DNA of 64,000 nucleotides from Clostridia bacterium (GCA_017441005.1 JAFSAM010000005.1:27319-91318); one strand, 5' to 3'; counted from the stretch's first letter, positions 40,758 through 50,625 are shown. Notes: generated by a model not told the origin, from the letters alone. Translations and numbers: made by a program.

Positions 40758-40831
40758 TTACGTTTTCCCCCTAATATATTCCCTATTTCTATCCTCATAT
40801 TCTTTTCGGATTCCCTAATTCCGAAAAGCTC

Positions 40832-41773
40832 TTACACTCTTTCCGCAACGCGAAGCTTCGCGCTTCTCGATCTCGGATTTTCCTCAAGCTCTCTCGCTGA
40901 GGGAAGTATCGGTTTTCTCGATACAAGCTTTAAAATCGGTTTTTTACCGCACATACACACCGGAAAATCGGGTGGGCAGGTGCAACCCTTTACCAATCCC
41001 GCAAACGTCTTTTTTACTATCCTGTCCTCAAGCGAGTGAAACGATATGACAGCCAATCTGCCGCCGACGTTCAGTCTCTCCGACGCCGCCGTCAAAGCAG
41101 GCTCGATGGCATCAAGCTCACCGTTTACCTCTATTCTGATCGCTTGGAACGTCCTCTTTGCGGGGTGAGGACCGTCGTTTCTTGCCTTTTGAGGAATGGC
41201 AGATTTAATTATCTCGGACAATTCTGCCGTGGTCTCTATTGGCTTCAAAAGCCTTGCTTCTTCAATGAAGCTTGCAATACGGGGAGCAAATCTTTCCTCG
41301 CCGTAATCAAATATTATCTGCTTAAGTCTTTCCTTCGAATAAGTATTGACAACCTCGTATGCAGTCAATGCATCCGATTTGTTCATCCTCATATCGAGGT
41401 GACCGTCGTTGTTGTAAGAAAAGCCTCGCTCCGCAGTATCGAGCTGATATGACGAAACGCCAAGATCGGCAATCACGCCGTCGACTCTTTCTATGCCTAA
41501 ATTATCAAGTACACTGCCGAGGTTTCTGAAATTGTCTTTAACAAAGGTTACTCTGTCGGAAAAGCAACCAAGTCTTTTTCCTGCCGCTTCAAGAGCATCG
41601 TCGTCTCTGTCGAGACAAATATGCTTACCGCCCTCCGTCAGTCTTTTCGCTATTTCAAACGAGTGACCGCCGCCGCCCGTAGTAAGATCCACATACGTGC
41701 CATTCGGCTTTATATCAAGTCCGTCTATGCACTCGTTAAGCAATACGGAGTAGTGAGAAAACACGGTGCTCAT
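40832..41773 (-). CDS. rsmH: 16S rRNA (cytosine1402-N4)-methyltransferase
   Basis: [28 protein letters not shown] and [11 protein letters not shown] motifs. Confidence 0.94.
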   Translation of the reverse strand: MSTVFSHYSVLLNECIDGLDIKPNGTYVDLTTGGGGHSFEIAKRLTEGGKHICLDRDDDALEAAGKRLGCFSDRVTFVKDNFRNLGSVLDNLGIERVDGVIADLGVSSYQLDTAERGFSYNNDGHLDMRMNKSDALTAYEVVNTYSKERLKQIIFDYGEERFAPRIASFIEEARLLKPIETTAELSEIIKSAIPQKARNDGPHPAKRTFQAIRIEVNGELDAIEPALTAASERLNVGGRLAVISFHSLEDRIVKKTFAGLVKGCTCPPDFPVCMCGKKPILKLVSRKPILPSARELEENPRSRSAKLRVAERV

Positions 41774-42205
41774 TTAAAAACCGAGGGACATAAGCGTCTC
41801 TGCAAGTTCTTCGGAGTTCATATCATTTTCAGCGATCCACTTATCTTCATCCCAGATCTCAACGTGGTTACCCACGCCGATGACGTAAACGTTTTTGTCA
41901 AGTCCCGCATAAGCCTTGTGCCCTTGGGAAATAAGCACTCTTCCCTGACCGTCAAGCTTTGTCTTTATTGCGGATGCAAGGAGCGTTCTCTTGACACGTC
42001 TTGCCTTCATTTCGGGAAGCTGGTTGAGCTTTTCGGTAAATTCCTCCCAAGCTTCCTTGGGATAAACGGCGATACAGGTGTCAACGCCTTTAACAACAAA
42101 GACCTCTTCTCCAAGCTCCTCTCGCATATTCGCAGGAAGAAACATTCTGTTTTTCGGGTCTATCGAATGCTTGTATTCGCCCGTAAACATATATTCGCCG
42201 ATCAT
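41774..42205 (-). CDS. mraZ: Transcriptional regulator MraZ
   Basis: 143 aa with two SpoVT/AbrB-like halves carrying DxKNRxxxP and LDGQGRVLI motifs. It is the first gene of the dcw cluster. Confidence 0.94.
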   Translation of the reverse strand: MIGEYMFTGEYKHSIDPKNRMFLPANMREELGEEVFVVKGVDTCIAVYPKEAWEEFTEKLNQLPEMKARRVKRTLLASAIKTKLDGQGRVLISQGHKAYAGLDKNVYVIGVGNHVEIWDEDKWIAENDMNSEELAETLMSLGF

Positions 42206-42333
42206 TTACCTCACCTCCCGATCCTATCATTTTTATTATATACACAAGATAAAAAGCGGCAAAAAGGGTATAAAAAACGGATGTCCCGAAAGCAGCTTCG
42301 ACCGATTCTCTCCATCTTACCTGTCAATCGGTT

Positions 42334-42371
42334 TACTTTCACACCACTTTACTGACATTTTGCTACACTTT
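42334..42371 (-). promoter_or_regulatory. Candidate MraZ operator: four direct AAAGTG-like repeats at 10-11 bp spacing
   Basis: Minus strand reads AAAGTG (42371-42366), AAATGT (42360-42355), AAAGTG (42350-42345) and AAAGTA (42339-42334). The array lies ~130-165 bp upstream of mraZ. Confidence 0.4.
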
Positions 42372-42560
42372 ACACCACCACTATTGTACACTATCTCCCT
42401 ATATTTTTCAATAGTTTTTTGTATTTTTTTAGAACTTTATCATTTTAACAACTATCCGCCCACCCCGTTTGTACACCTTGCACAAACTTTTCTTTGTTTT
42501 GCCGAAAATCGCACCTTAAATCCGCTGCTTTTTCTCGGTTTTTGCCAATTTTTTTGCACA

Positions 42561-42591
42561 AAAAAAACCACCCGAAGCACTCTTCGGGCGG
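42561..42591 (-). terminator. Terminator downstream of coaD
   Basis: Stem ccgcccgaag / cttcgggtgg (one mismatch), followed by a T8 run on the minus strand. Confidence 0.65.
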
Positions 42592-42621
42592 TTTCTGCCG
42601 TTTTTATATAATTCTCATCTG

Positions 42622-43098
42622 TCAAACAGTGCTTTTGATGTATTCGGCTACACCTTTTGGCACGTACGGAGTGATGTCTCTGCCGTACTTGATCATATCG
42701 CGTACAAACGTTGAGCTTATATGCTTATACTCAGAAGAAGCGGGAATAAATACAGTATCGACGTTTCCTATATCTCTGTTTATGCAAAACAGGTCGTGCT
42801 CATATTCGAAGTCAACTGTGTCTCTGACTCCCTTGACAATAAAATCGATTCCTTTTTCCCTGACGTAATCCACTACGAGCCTGTCGGTTATGTCGGCGTG
42901 TACGTTCGGCAGATCTTTAACGGTGATCTTCAGCATCTCATAGCTTTCCTTGCCGCCAAACATCTCCTTGCCGCTTTTTTCTGTATTCTTAAAGGCTACG
43001 ACGTACACCTCGTCAAACATCCTCGCGCACCGTTCGATAACGTCATAATGACCTATCGTTACAGGATCAAAGCTTCCCGGAATCAATACTTTTTTCAT
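42622..43098 (-). CDS. coaD: Phosphopantetheine adenylyltransferase
   Basis: PGSFDPVTIGHYDVIER motif; 158 aa. Confidence 0.93.
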   Translation of the reverse strand: MKKVLIPGSFDPVTIGHYDVIERCARMFDEVYVVAFKNTEKSGKEMFGGKESYEMLKITVKDLPNVHADITDRLVVDYVREKGIDFIVKGVRDTVDFEYEHDLFCINRDIGNVDTVFIPASSEYKHISSTFVRDMIKYGRDITPYVPKGVAEYIKSTV

Positions 43099-43101
43099 AT
43101 T

Positions 43102-43650
43102 CTATTCCCCCTTTTTTGAAAGTAAGGTTATATATACTCTGCCGTATTTGCTGTGTCTTACGGTTTCGAGTCCCTCGTGCGAATACTCGGTATCATCCTC
43201 GCTTTCGCACACTATCTTTGCATTCGTGTTAAGCAGACCAAACTTAACAAGGCTGTCAAGTATCTCGGGGATTATCTTCATCGAATAGGGCGGGTCGAGT
43301 ATTACTATGTCGAATTTATCTCTTCCCCTCGCCCCGCGAAGATAGTCTTTGTAATCGACGTTTATTATCTTGCATCTGTCTATAAGCCTTGTCTTTTGAG
43401 CATTCTTTTTTACTATCGCCATAGCATCGAGATTCTTCTCGACAAACGTACAGCTTAATGCACCTCTGCTCAACGCCTCGAGTCCCATCTGTCCGCTTCC
43501 CGCGAAAAGGTCGAGCACCCTTCTGTTTTCTATTTCAAATTGGAGCATACTGAAAACGGATTCCTTTACTCTTTCCGCCGTAGGACGGGTATCAAGTCCG
43601 TCCAGCGTCTCGAGCTTAGCCCCTTTAGCGCTTCCCGTAATAATTCTCAT
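43102..43650 (-). CDS. rsmD: 16S rRNA (guanine966-N2)-methyltransferase
   Basis: MRIITGSAKG...RPTAERVKESVF, DLFAGSG and DPPY motifs. Confidence 0.88.
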   Translation of the reverse strand: MRIITGSAKGAKLETLDGLDTRPTAERVKESVFSMLQFEIENRRVLDLFAGSGQMGLEALSRGALSCTFVEKNLDAMAIVKKNAQKTRLIDRCKIINVDYKDYLRGARGRDKFDIVILDPPYSMKIIPEILDSLVKFGLLNTNAKIVCESEDDTEYSHEGLETVRHSKYGRVYITLLSKKGE

Positions 43651-45497
43651 TTTCCTTCCTCCCCTTCTGCCGTAAAGTAATTGAATACGCTTTCGGCATT
43701 CTTCTCGGATATACCCTTGACTCTTTTTATCTCTTCAAGCGGTGCCGATTTCAATGCGGACAAGCTTTTGAAATGAGAAAGCAACCTTTTTGCCTTCTCC
43801 TTGCCGATTCCGTCTATCTCCTCAAGCACCGATCTTTTCACCGACTTTTCCTTCGATGCGCGCATTTTTGATATCGTAAAGCGGTGTACCTCCTCCTGGA
43901 GCTTGTATACCAGCATATAAACCTGCTTTTCCTTTGCAATACTGATCTCATAGTCCTCGGTGCAAAGCGTTCTCGTCTTATGATAATCGTCCTTCGCCAT
44001 ACCGAAAACGGGGATATCTATATGCATTTTTTGCAGAACTTCCTTTATTACCGAAACGTGACCCTTTCCGCCGTCGAGAAGTATAAGGTCAGGCAGATCG
44101 GAAAAGCCCTCGTCCCCCGCCTTAGCACGTTCAAATCTTCTCGTTACCGCCTCCGCCATAGATGCATAGTCATCCTGCTTGTCGGAAAGATTCTTTATCT
44201 TAAACAGGCGATATTGGCTCTTTGCGGGTCTGCCCGATTCAAATACGACCATTCCCGCTGTTATATTCTCTTTTCCGTAATTTGAAATATCAAAGCTCTC
44301 GATCCTCTCGGGTACTACCTCGAGCTGAAGCATCTGTGCCAGCTTGATAAGCACAGACTCATCCGCCTCTCTTCCTTCTTTATACTGGTACGCGTGCCGT
44401 GCGGCATTTTCATACACCATATCGCAAAGCTTTTTGCTTTCTCCCCTCTCGGGTGTGCGGATCACGATTTTTCTTTCGGCAATAACGCGCAGAGCATCTT
44501 CAAGTCCCTCTTTTTCTTCTCCCAGGTCAAAGTTAAGTAAAACTTCCTTCGGCATATCGCCCCTCTTTGCGTAGTAGTTGTATATAAACGACTGTAGGTC
44601 TGACTCGTTCAGCAGCTCGTCGGGGGTGAATATATAGTTCTCGCTGTTTACTATTCTGCCCTCTCTTATAAAAAACACAGCAATACAAGATATTGCATCG
44701 TCCGAATAAAGGGCAAAAATATCGTGCTCAGAATCGGGAGATCCGACGATCTTATGTCTCTGCCATACCTTCGACAATGCTTCGATCCTATCTCTGTATA
44801 CCGCCGCAGCCTCGAACATAAGCTCCTCTGCAAGATATTCCATTTTTTCGGTCAGCTTTTTCTTGACCTCAGAAAAACTCCCCCGCAAAAACATAATGAT
44901 CTGTCGGTAAATTTCCTTGTATTCCTCGCTTGTCACTTTGCCCGTGCAAGGTCCGACGCAATCTCCGATCTGGCAGTACAAACAAGGTCTTTCCTTACCT
45001 ATATCCCTCGGGAACACCCTGCTGCACGAATGCACCTTAAAGCACTTTTGCACAGTTTTCAGCACACCGTAAGCCGCCGATATGGTTGAATACGGGCCAA
45101 AATATTTTGCTCCGTCGCTACGTCTCGTATACACTACCTCCGCCTTGGGATAATCATCGCTAAGGCTTATACGGATATACGGCATATTCTTGCCGTCCTT
45201 GAGCTTTATGTTGTATTTTGGATTGTACTGCTTTATAAGCTGGCTTTCAAGAGCCAGTGCCTCGTTTTCTGTATCGGTTAAAATATAGTCAAACTCTCTG
45301 ACCCTCGATACCATAAGCACAGTCTTCGTATCGTGCCTGCCGTTCTTGCGGAAATATTGAGAAACGCGGTTTTTCAGCGCTCTGGACTTGCCTACGTATA
45401 TAACTCGTCGGTTTTCATCACGCATTATATATACGCCGGGCGATAAAGGCAGCCCTAACGCCTTTTCAAGAAGCTTATCCAAATCCTGCTTACTCAA
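43647..45497 (-). CDS. uvrC: Excinuclease ABC subunit C
   Basis: GIY-YIG N-terminus (GVYIM...VIYVGKS), UVR domain, endonuclease domain and C-terminal HhH2 domain. TTG start after ggagga. Confidence 0.95.
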   Translation of the reverse strand: MSKQDLDKLLEKALGLPLSPGVYIMRDENRRVIYVGKSRALKNRVSQYFRKNGRHDTKTVLMVSRVREFDYILTDTENEALALESQLIKQYNPKYNIKLKDGKNMPYIRISLSDDYPKAEVVYTRRSDGAKYFGPYSTISAAYGVLKTVQKCFKVHSCSRVFPRDIGKERPCLYCQIGDCVGPCTGKVTSEEYKEIYRQIIMFLRGSFSEVKKKLTEKMEYLAEELMFEAAAVYRDRIEALSKVWQRHKIVGSPDSEHDIFALYSDDAISCIAVFFIREGRIVNSENYIFTPDELLNESDLQSFIYNYYAKRGDMPKEVLLNFDLGEEKEGLEDALRVIAERKIVIRTPERGESKKLCDMVYENAARHAYQYKEGREADESVLIKLAQMLQLEVVPERIESFDISNYGKENITAGMVVFESGRPAKSQYRLFKIKNLSDKQDDYASMAEAVTRRFERAKAGDEGFSDLPDLILLDGGKGHVSVIKEVLQKMHIDIPVFGMAKDDYHKTRTLCTEDYEISIAKEKQVYMLVYKLQEEVHRFTISKMRASKEKSVKRSVLEEIDGIGKEKAKRLLSHFKSLSALKSAPLEEIKRVKGISEKNAESVFNYFTAEGEEGK

Positions 45498-45539
45498 CGC
45501 AATTCCTCCTTTTTTGAAATACTAAAATCAAAACTGTAC

Positions 45540-45580
45540 AAAAAAGACGGACAAAGCCTAAATCAAGTCAATGTCCGTTT
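45540..45580 (-). terminator. Possible terminator downstream of ptsH
   Basis: 7-bp stem acggaca / tgtccgt with a large loop, followed by a T-run on the minus strand. Confidence 0.45.
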
Positions 45581-45604
45581 TTTCAGCAATATTATCGAAA
45601 AAGA

Positions 45605-45868
45605 TCATTCACCAAAACCGGTGTTTACAAGCTCAATCAAGCCGTCAACAGCTTCATTTTCATCGGGACCGTCTGCAATTACGGTAATTGTCATACCCTT
45701 AACGATACCCAAAGAAAGCACTCCGAGAAGACTCTTCGCATTTACACGGCGCTCTTCCTTCTCAACCCATACGGAACACTTAAAGGAATTTGCTTTCTGA
45801 ATAAAAAATGTAGCGGGACGTGCGTGCAAACCGATGTTGTTGCTTATCAATACTTCGCGTGAGATCAT
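45605..45868 (-). CDS. ptsH: Phosphocarrier protein HPr
   Basis: 87 aa with the His15 site GLHARPA and the Ser46 site NAKSLLGVLSLG. No ptsI is adjacent. Confidence 0.9.
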   Translation of the reverse strand: MISREVLISNNIGLHARPATFFIQKANSFKCSVWVEKEERRVNAKSLLGVLSLGIVKGMTITVIADGPDENEAVDGLIELVNTGFGE

Positions 45869-45936
45869 ACCTTTTCTCTCCTATCAAAATTAAAAAAATA
45901 TACATTAAAGATCAGATGTCAAAATTATCTACAGAT

Positions 45937-45965
45937 ATTATAATACATAAAAAAGATAAAATCAA
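45937..45965 (-). promoter_or_regulatory. Candidate sigma-70 promoter of ptsH
   Basis: Minus strand reads TTGATT, 17 nt, TATAAT. Confidence 0.5.
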
Positions 45966-45994
45966 GTATTTTTGCTATATTTATTCAACAACAC

Positions 45995-46495
45995 CTATTC
46001 GGCCTGTCTTTTTACATCAAAAATTAGTCCTTTTCCCGAAAAACCGGAGCTATATGTGTCGATTTCCATACCTGCTGCAGTATAATCCGTACCGTTTGCA
46101 AGGAATCCGGTTGAGGAGACACTGCCCGAAACCTCAATTATGACAGTAACGTCCTTTTTGGTCGTATCTACAGTTTGGATCCACTTGTCCGATGCATCCT
46201 TGAACAAAACATCAGAATCCTTAGAGTCTATCTCGATCACCGTTCCGAGCAACTTTCCGTTTTCGGTATAATAGACCTCCTTGCCCATCGAAATTCCCTT
46301 GGCGATCTCGTTATCAACTCCGTAATATTTCACTGAAACCAAGCATTTTTCGTCAATTACAACGGTATTTTCCTTTTCATAGATCTTGTAATGCACAAAC
46401 GTAGCTGCAATGCAAGCTATAACGGTCAATATGATAAGCACATCGATTATGCTTACTCTGCTCTTCTTTTTTGAAATTTTTTCTGCACCGTTCAT
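45995..46495 (-). CDS. DUF4330-like membrane-anchored protein (paralog 2)
   Basis: Basic N-terminus, then one TM helix (IIDVLIILTVIACIAATF), then a beta-rich domain. It is paralogous to the upstream ORF. Its start overlaps the upstream stop. Confidence 0.55.
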   Translation of the reverse strand: MNGAEKISKKKSRVSIIDVLIILTVIACIAATFVHYKIYEKENTVVIDEKCLVSVKYYGVDNEIAKGISMGKEVYYTENGKLLGTVIEIDSKDSDVLFKDASDKWIQTVDTTKKDVTVIIEVSGSVSSTGFLANGTDYTAAGMEIDTYSSGFSGKGLIFDVKRQAE

Positions 46496-47004
46496 TTCTT
46501 GCTCACCTCACTGATCGAAGTACATACCATTTCGCCGGTATAGTACGGAAAGCGAACCTCTATAGTTTGACCGGGAGTCAAAACATATCCGTTTACTCTG
46601 TAAAGTCCGTCCTCGCCCTTTATTGCAGATTCGCTTACTCTGATCTTCACGTCGATCTTGCCGGGATAAAGCTCCTCGAATGTTACGTTGTTCTCGCTGT
46701 CATATCCGGTGTATACCGAGTCGGTATATTCCGTATCGGTTACCTCGCCGAGCTCATTTCCTCCGTCTGCCGCCGTAACGGAATCACCGATATTGACCTT
46801 TCCTCTCAAAATATCGGGAACCTCCGTCTGGCTTAACGTGAAAATAATATCAACCGTCTCGTTCTTTTTCTCGTCAGCGCCCACACTGCCGTCAAAAAAG
46901 TACAAAAACAGTATGCCCGCAACTGACACAACTATGATTAAAAGAAGCAATATATCCACTATGTTGAAACGGTATTTTCTCCTGTTTTTATTTACAGAAC
47001 TCAA
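46492..47004 (-). CDS. DUF4330-like membrane-anchored protein (paralog 1)
   Basis: The start RKYRFNIVDILLLLIIVVSVAGILF and overall architecture match the neighbouring paralog. It overlaps the stop of the upstream ligase-like gene by 4 nt. Confidence 0.55.
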   Translation of the reverse strand: MSSVNKNRRKYRFNIVDILLLLIIVVSVAGILFLYFFDGSVGADEKKNETVDIIFTLSQTEVPDILRGKVNIGDSVTAADGGNELGEVTDTEYTDSVYTGYDSENNVTFEELYPGKIDVKIRVSESAIKGEDGLYRVNGYVLTPGQTIEVRFPYYTGEMVCTSISEVSKK

Positions 47005-48767
47005 ATCGAATCCCCCTTACTGTATTCATATTCGCTATACTCCGAGCGGATGGTGTTGTTTCTTTCGGTTCCGCCTACACAAGCGCATATTCCGAGAACG
47101 ATCCAGAACATCAAAGCCGTTTCATATTCAGCATATACCACAGCACTCGTTCCCATCATAAGAAAGCTTATCAATCCCGTTAAAGCCCCCAACGAAACCA
47201 ATTTACCTATACCGCTGCACCCCTTCGAATACAGAGTAATATTTTTCTGAAAACAAAGAAACATTACACAACCGAAAAGCAATACACAGCTCACCGTTAT
47301 TATATTTACGTGCCCGTGAATATTTCCGAACATTTCGTGTACGACGTATTCCGACAGGCGGCTGTAGCTTGAACTGTCAAGAAAAACGCCGGGAACATTT
47401 ATAAACAAGAACGGCAATGCACAAAGCAAAATACCCATCGCAGCAAGAGCCTTCTTGCTGTATAGTACCATAAATAAAACCATTCCTATAAGCAAACTCA
47501 TCCAAGCAACACGGCTTTCAGTCAGAAACAGACATACACCGTTCAGTACCATCGCAAGAAAAGCGATCATTCCCTTGCCCCTCTGTCTGCCGGCACCCGC
47601 AACAATGGGTAACGTCAAAACTATATAACAGGCAAAAACCGCAGGAGCAGAAAAGAATGACGACATTCCGCTGAATCCATCTGCATTAAGCAGATAGATC
47701 AGATAATCCATCTCAAGCTCCACGGAAATATAAGAAGCAAGTCCGTAAAATCCCGTGAGAAAGCTTGCAAAAACCACAGAGGTTATACATCTGCCTATCC
47801 ATATTCTCGATTTTATAAGATTAATGATCAAAAAGAAGGTACAAACACCCAAATAACCGGTAACCGAAAATCCCGAAAGTGGAACTGACATCACAGCAAG
47901 TGCCAAAACCGCCGTTGCAAGCGGATCAAACTTTAAGGTACGTTTTCCCCTCACATACTTCAAAAGGAAACAAAGCAAATTGTACACTATAAGCAATGAC
48001 AGCACTTTGGGTGACAGGAACGGCAACAAAAACACAAGACATACTATCCCCGTTTCGGGAATATAAAGCACAGTAAGTGCCATAACAAGCACTGACAACA
48101 GCCCTAATATAACAAGCGGTCGGATCCACCAAGACAAAGCACATATCAATACGCCGATCGGCAAAGCAGTCTTACTGTGACTCAAAGTGCCCTTTTCTTC
48201 AAAAACCTCTTTTTTACATCCAAGCCATCCGAATATCAAAGCACTTGTACCCCTGCTCCTGCAAACAGCCTCGTTGAGCGGTGTTTGAGAAAGCATAAGC
48301 GGAACCGAAAGCACTATCAGCAAAAGAGAAACGAACATATCGGAAAAAGATATTTGCTCAATACCGAGCCCGTAGTGCTTAAGAAGCTGTATCAATGTCT
48401 GACCGACACCCATCGTTATGGCTATCAGTCCAAATACGTTAAGCCTTGTATAGAGCCACCCCTTCAAGTATACATTCGTCTTTTCAAGAACGATACTCTG
48501 CGAAACAAGCCGCGATACGGTTCTTTTTACCGGTCGAAACACTCTTCTTCCCGTTTCAAGTCTGCCGAAAAGTCGGCATATAAAGCTGTTTTCGCCTGCG
48601 TGCTCGTCGTATGACGTGAATATTCTTCCCGAAATGCTGCAAGCCGCCTTGTTATAAAGTGAAATCGCCACCGCCATGAAAAAAGACAATATCCTGCTTC
48701 CGGCAAAAAGTGCGCTCCATCTTTTCTTTCTGTTTTTCTTCAAAGACACCGACGAACTCACCTCCAA
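47001..48767 (-). CDS. O-antigen ligase (Wzy_C)-like polytopic membrane protein
   Basis: 588 aa with at least 10 TM segments. The central loop and helix pattern is typical of O-antigen polymerase/ligase-like proteins. The call is from architecture only. Confidence 0.55.
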   Translation of the reverse strand: MEVSSSVSLKKNRKKRWSALFAGSRILSFFMAVAISLYNKAACSISGRIFTSYDEHAGENSFICRLFGRLETGRRVFRPVKRTVSRLVSQSIVLEKTNVYLKGWLYTRLNVFGLIAITMGVGQTLIQLLKHYGLGIEQISFSDMFVSLLLIVLSVPLMLSQTPLNEAVCRSRGTSALIFGWLGCKKEVFEEKGTLSHSKTALPIGVLICALSWWIRPLVILGLLSVLVMALTVLYIPETGIVCLVFLLPFLSPKVLSLLIVYNLLCFLLKYVRGKRTLKFDPLATAVLALAVMSVPLSGFSVTGYLGVCTFFLIINLIKSRIWIGRCITSVVFASFLTGFYGLASYISVELEMDYLIYLLNADGFSGMSSFFSAPAVFACYIVLTLPIVAGAGRQRGKGMIAFLAMVLNGVCLFLTESRVAWMSLLIGMVLFMVLYSKKALAAMGILLCALPFLFINVPGVFLDSSSYSRLSEYVVHEMFGNIHGHVNIITVSCVLLFGCVMFLCFQKNITLYSKGCSGIGKLVSLGALTGLISFLMMGTSAVVYAEYETALMFWIVLGICACVGGTERNNTIRSEYSEYEYSKGDSI

Positions 48768-48790
48768 ATCAAACTAAAATAATTACCTTT

Positions 48791-49471
48791 TTATATCATA
48801 TCCGGTCTGTTTTTCTTCGTCAGCTCGATAGCGGCCTTATACCGCCATTTTCTTATTTCCTCATGATTCCCCGACAAGAGCACATCGGGGACCCTTCTTC
48901 CCATAAACTCGATCGGTCGTGTATACTGCGGATATTCAAGCATTCCGCCGGCAATACTCTCATTTTCAAAGCATTCGGGATCAGACAGTACACCGTCGAT
49001 CATTCTTGAAACACAATCGACAAATATGCAGGCGGGCAATTCGCCTCCTGTCAACACGTAGTCACCGATCGATATCTCGTCATCGACGATCTCGTCAACG
49101 ATTCGTCTGTCGACCCCCTCATAGTGTCCGCATAGTATGATTATCTGATCGCAGTCAAGATATTCTTTTGCAATACTCTGTGTAAGCACTCTTCCCTGAG
49201 GGGACATATACACTGTTTTTCTCTTCTTCGACGCTGTATTATCAACAATATTCTTCCAACAACGGTAGATAGGCGGTGCCGACATAAGCATCCCCATTCC
49301 TCCGCCGCACGGTGTATCGTCAACATTTCTGTGCTTATCCTCCGAGAAGTCTCTTATATTATGAGAATATATCTCGATCGCACCCTTGTTCTGCGCCCTT
49401 CCCATTATGCTCTCCCCGAGTATCATATCGGTCATATCGGGAAAAAGCGTCATAATATCAAACCTCATCAA
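48791..49471 (-). CDS. trmD: tRNA (guanine37-N1)-methyltransferase
   Basis: FDIMTLFPDM, DDTPCGGGMGM, GHYEGVDRR, SIGDYVLTGGELPA and the later LLSGNHEEIRKWR. Confidence 0.94.
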   Translation of the reverse strand: MMRFDIMTLFPDMTDMILGESIMGRAQNKGAIEIYSHNIRDFSEDKHRNVDDTPCGGGMGMLMSAPPIYRCWKNIVDNTASKKRKTVYMSPQGRVLTQSIAKEYLDCDQIIILCGHYEGVDRRIVDEIVDDEISIGDYVLTGGELPACIFVDCVSRMIDGVLSDPECFENESIAGGMLEYPQYTRPIEFMGRRVPDVLLSGNHEEIRKWRYKAAIELTKKNRPDMI

Positions 49472-49967
49472 ACATACCCTCGATGGGCTTTACAAATATG
49501 CCCTCTTCCAAAGAGATTCTTTTCACAAACTCCTTTACCGCGGGAATAAGGACCTCCCCTTTGTCGGTCTTTACGGTATAAATATCGTGTATACCGTACT
49601 GCACGACCTCCTTCAAGGTGCCATAGACCCTGCCGTCATCGACGTCGATGACCTGAAGTCCGATAAGATCCGCTATAAAAAAGCTTCCCTCTTCTCTCGC
49701 GACGTCGTCTCTGTCGGCATAGATTATCTCCTCGCGCAACGCGTTTGCTTTATCAAAATCATCAATTCCATCTATCTTCAGTAAAACCATTCCCTTATGA
49801 ACGGATGCCTTTTGAAGCTTCATAGCCACAAAGCCGTCCTTGCTCTTTCTGTAGACAGTATCGAGCTCGGTCATAACCTCGGGAAAATCGCACCAAGCCT
49901 GCGCCTTAACGTCACCCCTGAATCCGTGGGTATTTACAATTTTTCCGATCTGCAAATATTTCTCCAT
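49458..49967 (-). CDS. rimM: 16S rRNA processing protein RimM
   Basis: IGKIVNTHGFRGDVK N-terminus and a PRC-barrel C-terminus. It overlaps trmD. Confidence 0.88.
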   Translation of the reverse strand: MEKYLQIGKIVNTHGFRGDVKAQAWCDFPEVMTELDTVYRKSKDGFVAMKLQKASVHKGMVLLKIDGIDDFDKANALREEIIYADRDDVAREEGSFFIADLIGLQVIDVDDGRVYGTLKEVVQYGIHDIYTVKTDKGEVLIPAVKEFVKRISLEEGIFVKPIEGMFDEV

Positions 49968-50080
49968 ATAAAGCGCAATTCCTTCCCGATAACTATACTC
50001 TATGCCAATTTATAACTACACCGAGTACCATTATATCACACCTTTGTCAAACATTCAAGTGTGCAAGTAAAATAAACAAG

Positions 50081-50124
50081 AAAAAACCTTACCGATGCCA
50101 TTAGTCGGCATCGGTAATAAAAAA
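50081..50124 (-). terminator. Terminator downstream of nrdR
   Basis: Stem ttaccgatgcc / ggcatcggtaa, followed by a T-run on the minus strand. Confidence 0.7.
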
Positions 50125-50126
50125 GT

Positions 50127-50582
50127 TTATTTAGATGATTTTTTAATATCCTTCAGTTCACGCATAAAGCTGTCAAGATCATCGAAGTTTCGGTAAACCG
50201 AAGCATATCTTACGTAAGACACGACGTCGATATCACGCAGCTTTTCCAATACTCGGCGACCGATCTCGGATGTATGAACCTCTGTCTGGAAGGAGTTTCT
50301 CAGATCGACCTCGATCTCGGTCGTGATCCTTTCCATATCCTCGAGGGTGATCATAGAACGCTTGTAGCACGCCTTGTCAAGTCCCTTCAAGATCTTGCTT
50401 CTGTCAAAAAACTGCTTGCTGCCGTCTTTTTTTATGACAACGATGGGCACCTGCTCGTGTATCTCGTAGGTAGTAAAGCGTCTTCCGCAGGAAAGACATT
50501 CCCTTCTTCTTCTGATTTCAGAATCTGTAGGTCTGCTGTCGATCACCTTACTGTTTATGTTTCCGCATACGGGACATTTCAT
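50127..50582 (-). CDS. nrdR: Transcriptional repressor NrdR
   Basis: N-terminal zinc ribbon MKCPVCG...CLSCGRRFTTYE plus an ATP-cone domain. Confidence 0.94.
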   Translation of the reverse strand: MKCPVCGNINSKVIDSRPTDSEIRRRRECLSCGRRFTTYEIHEQVPIVVIKKDGSKQFFDRSKILKGLDKACYKRSMITLEDMERITTEIEVDLRNSFQTEVHTSEIGRRVLEKLRDIDVVSYVRYASVYRNFDDLDSFMRELKDIKKSSK

Positions 50583-50625
50583 ATTATATACCCTCCTTGC
50601 TTTTGTTTTTGCTGATAAATATGGC

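Noticed and set aside
41036-42868. Plus-strand ORFs of 124-244 aa across rsmH, mraZ, the mraZ leader and coaD
   Set aside because: They are antisense to well-supported minus-strand genes or lie in the G-depleted non-coding leader. They have no RBS and give low-complexity translations.
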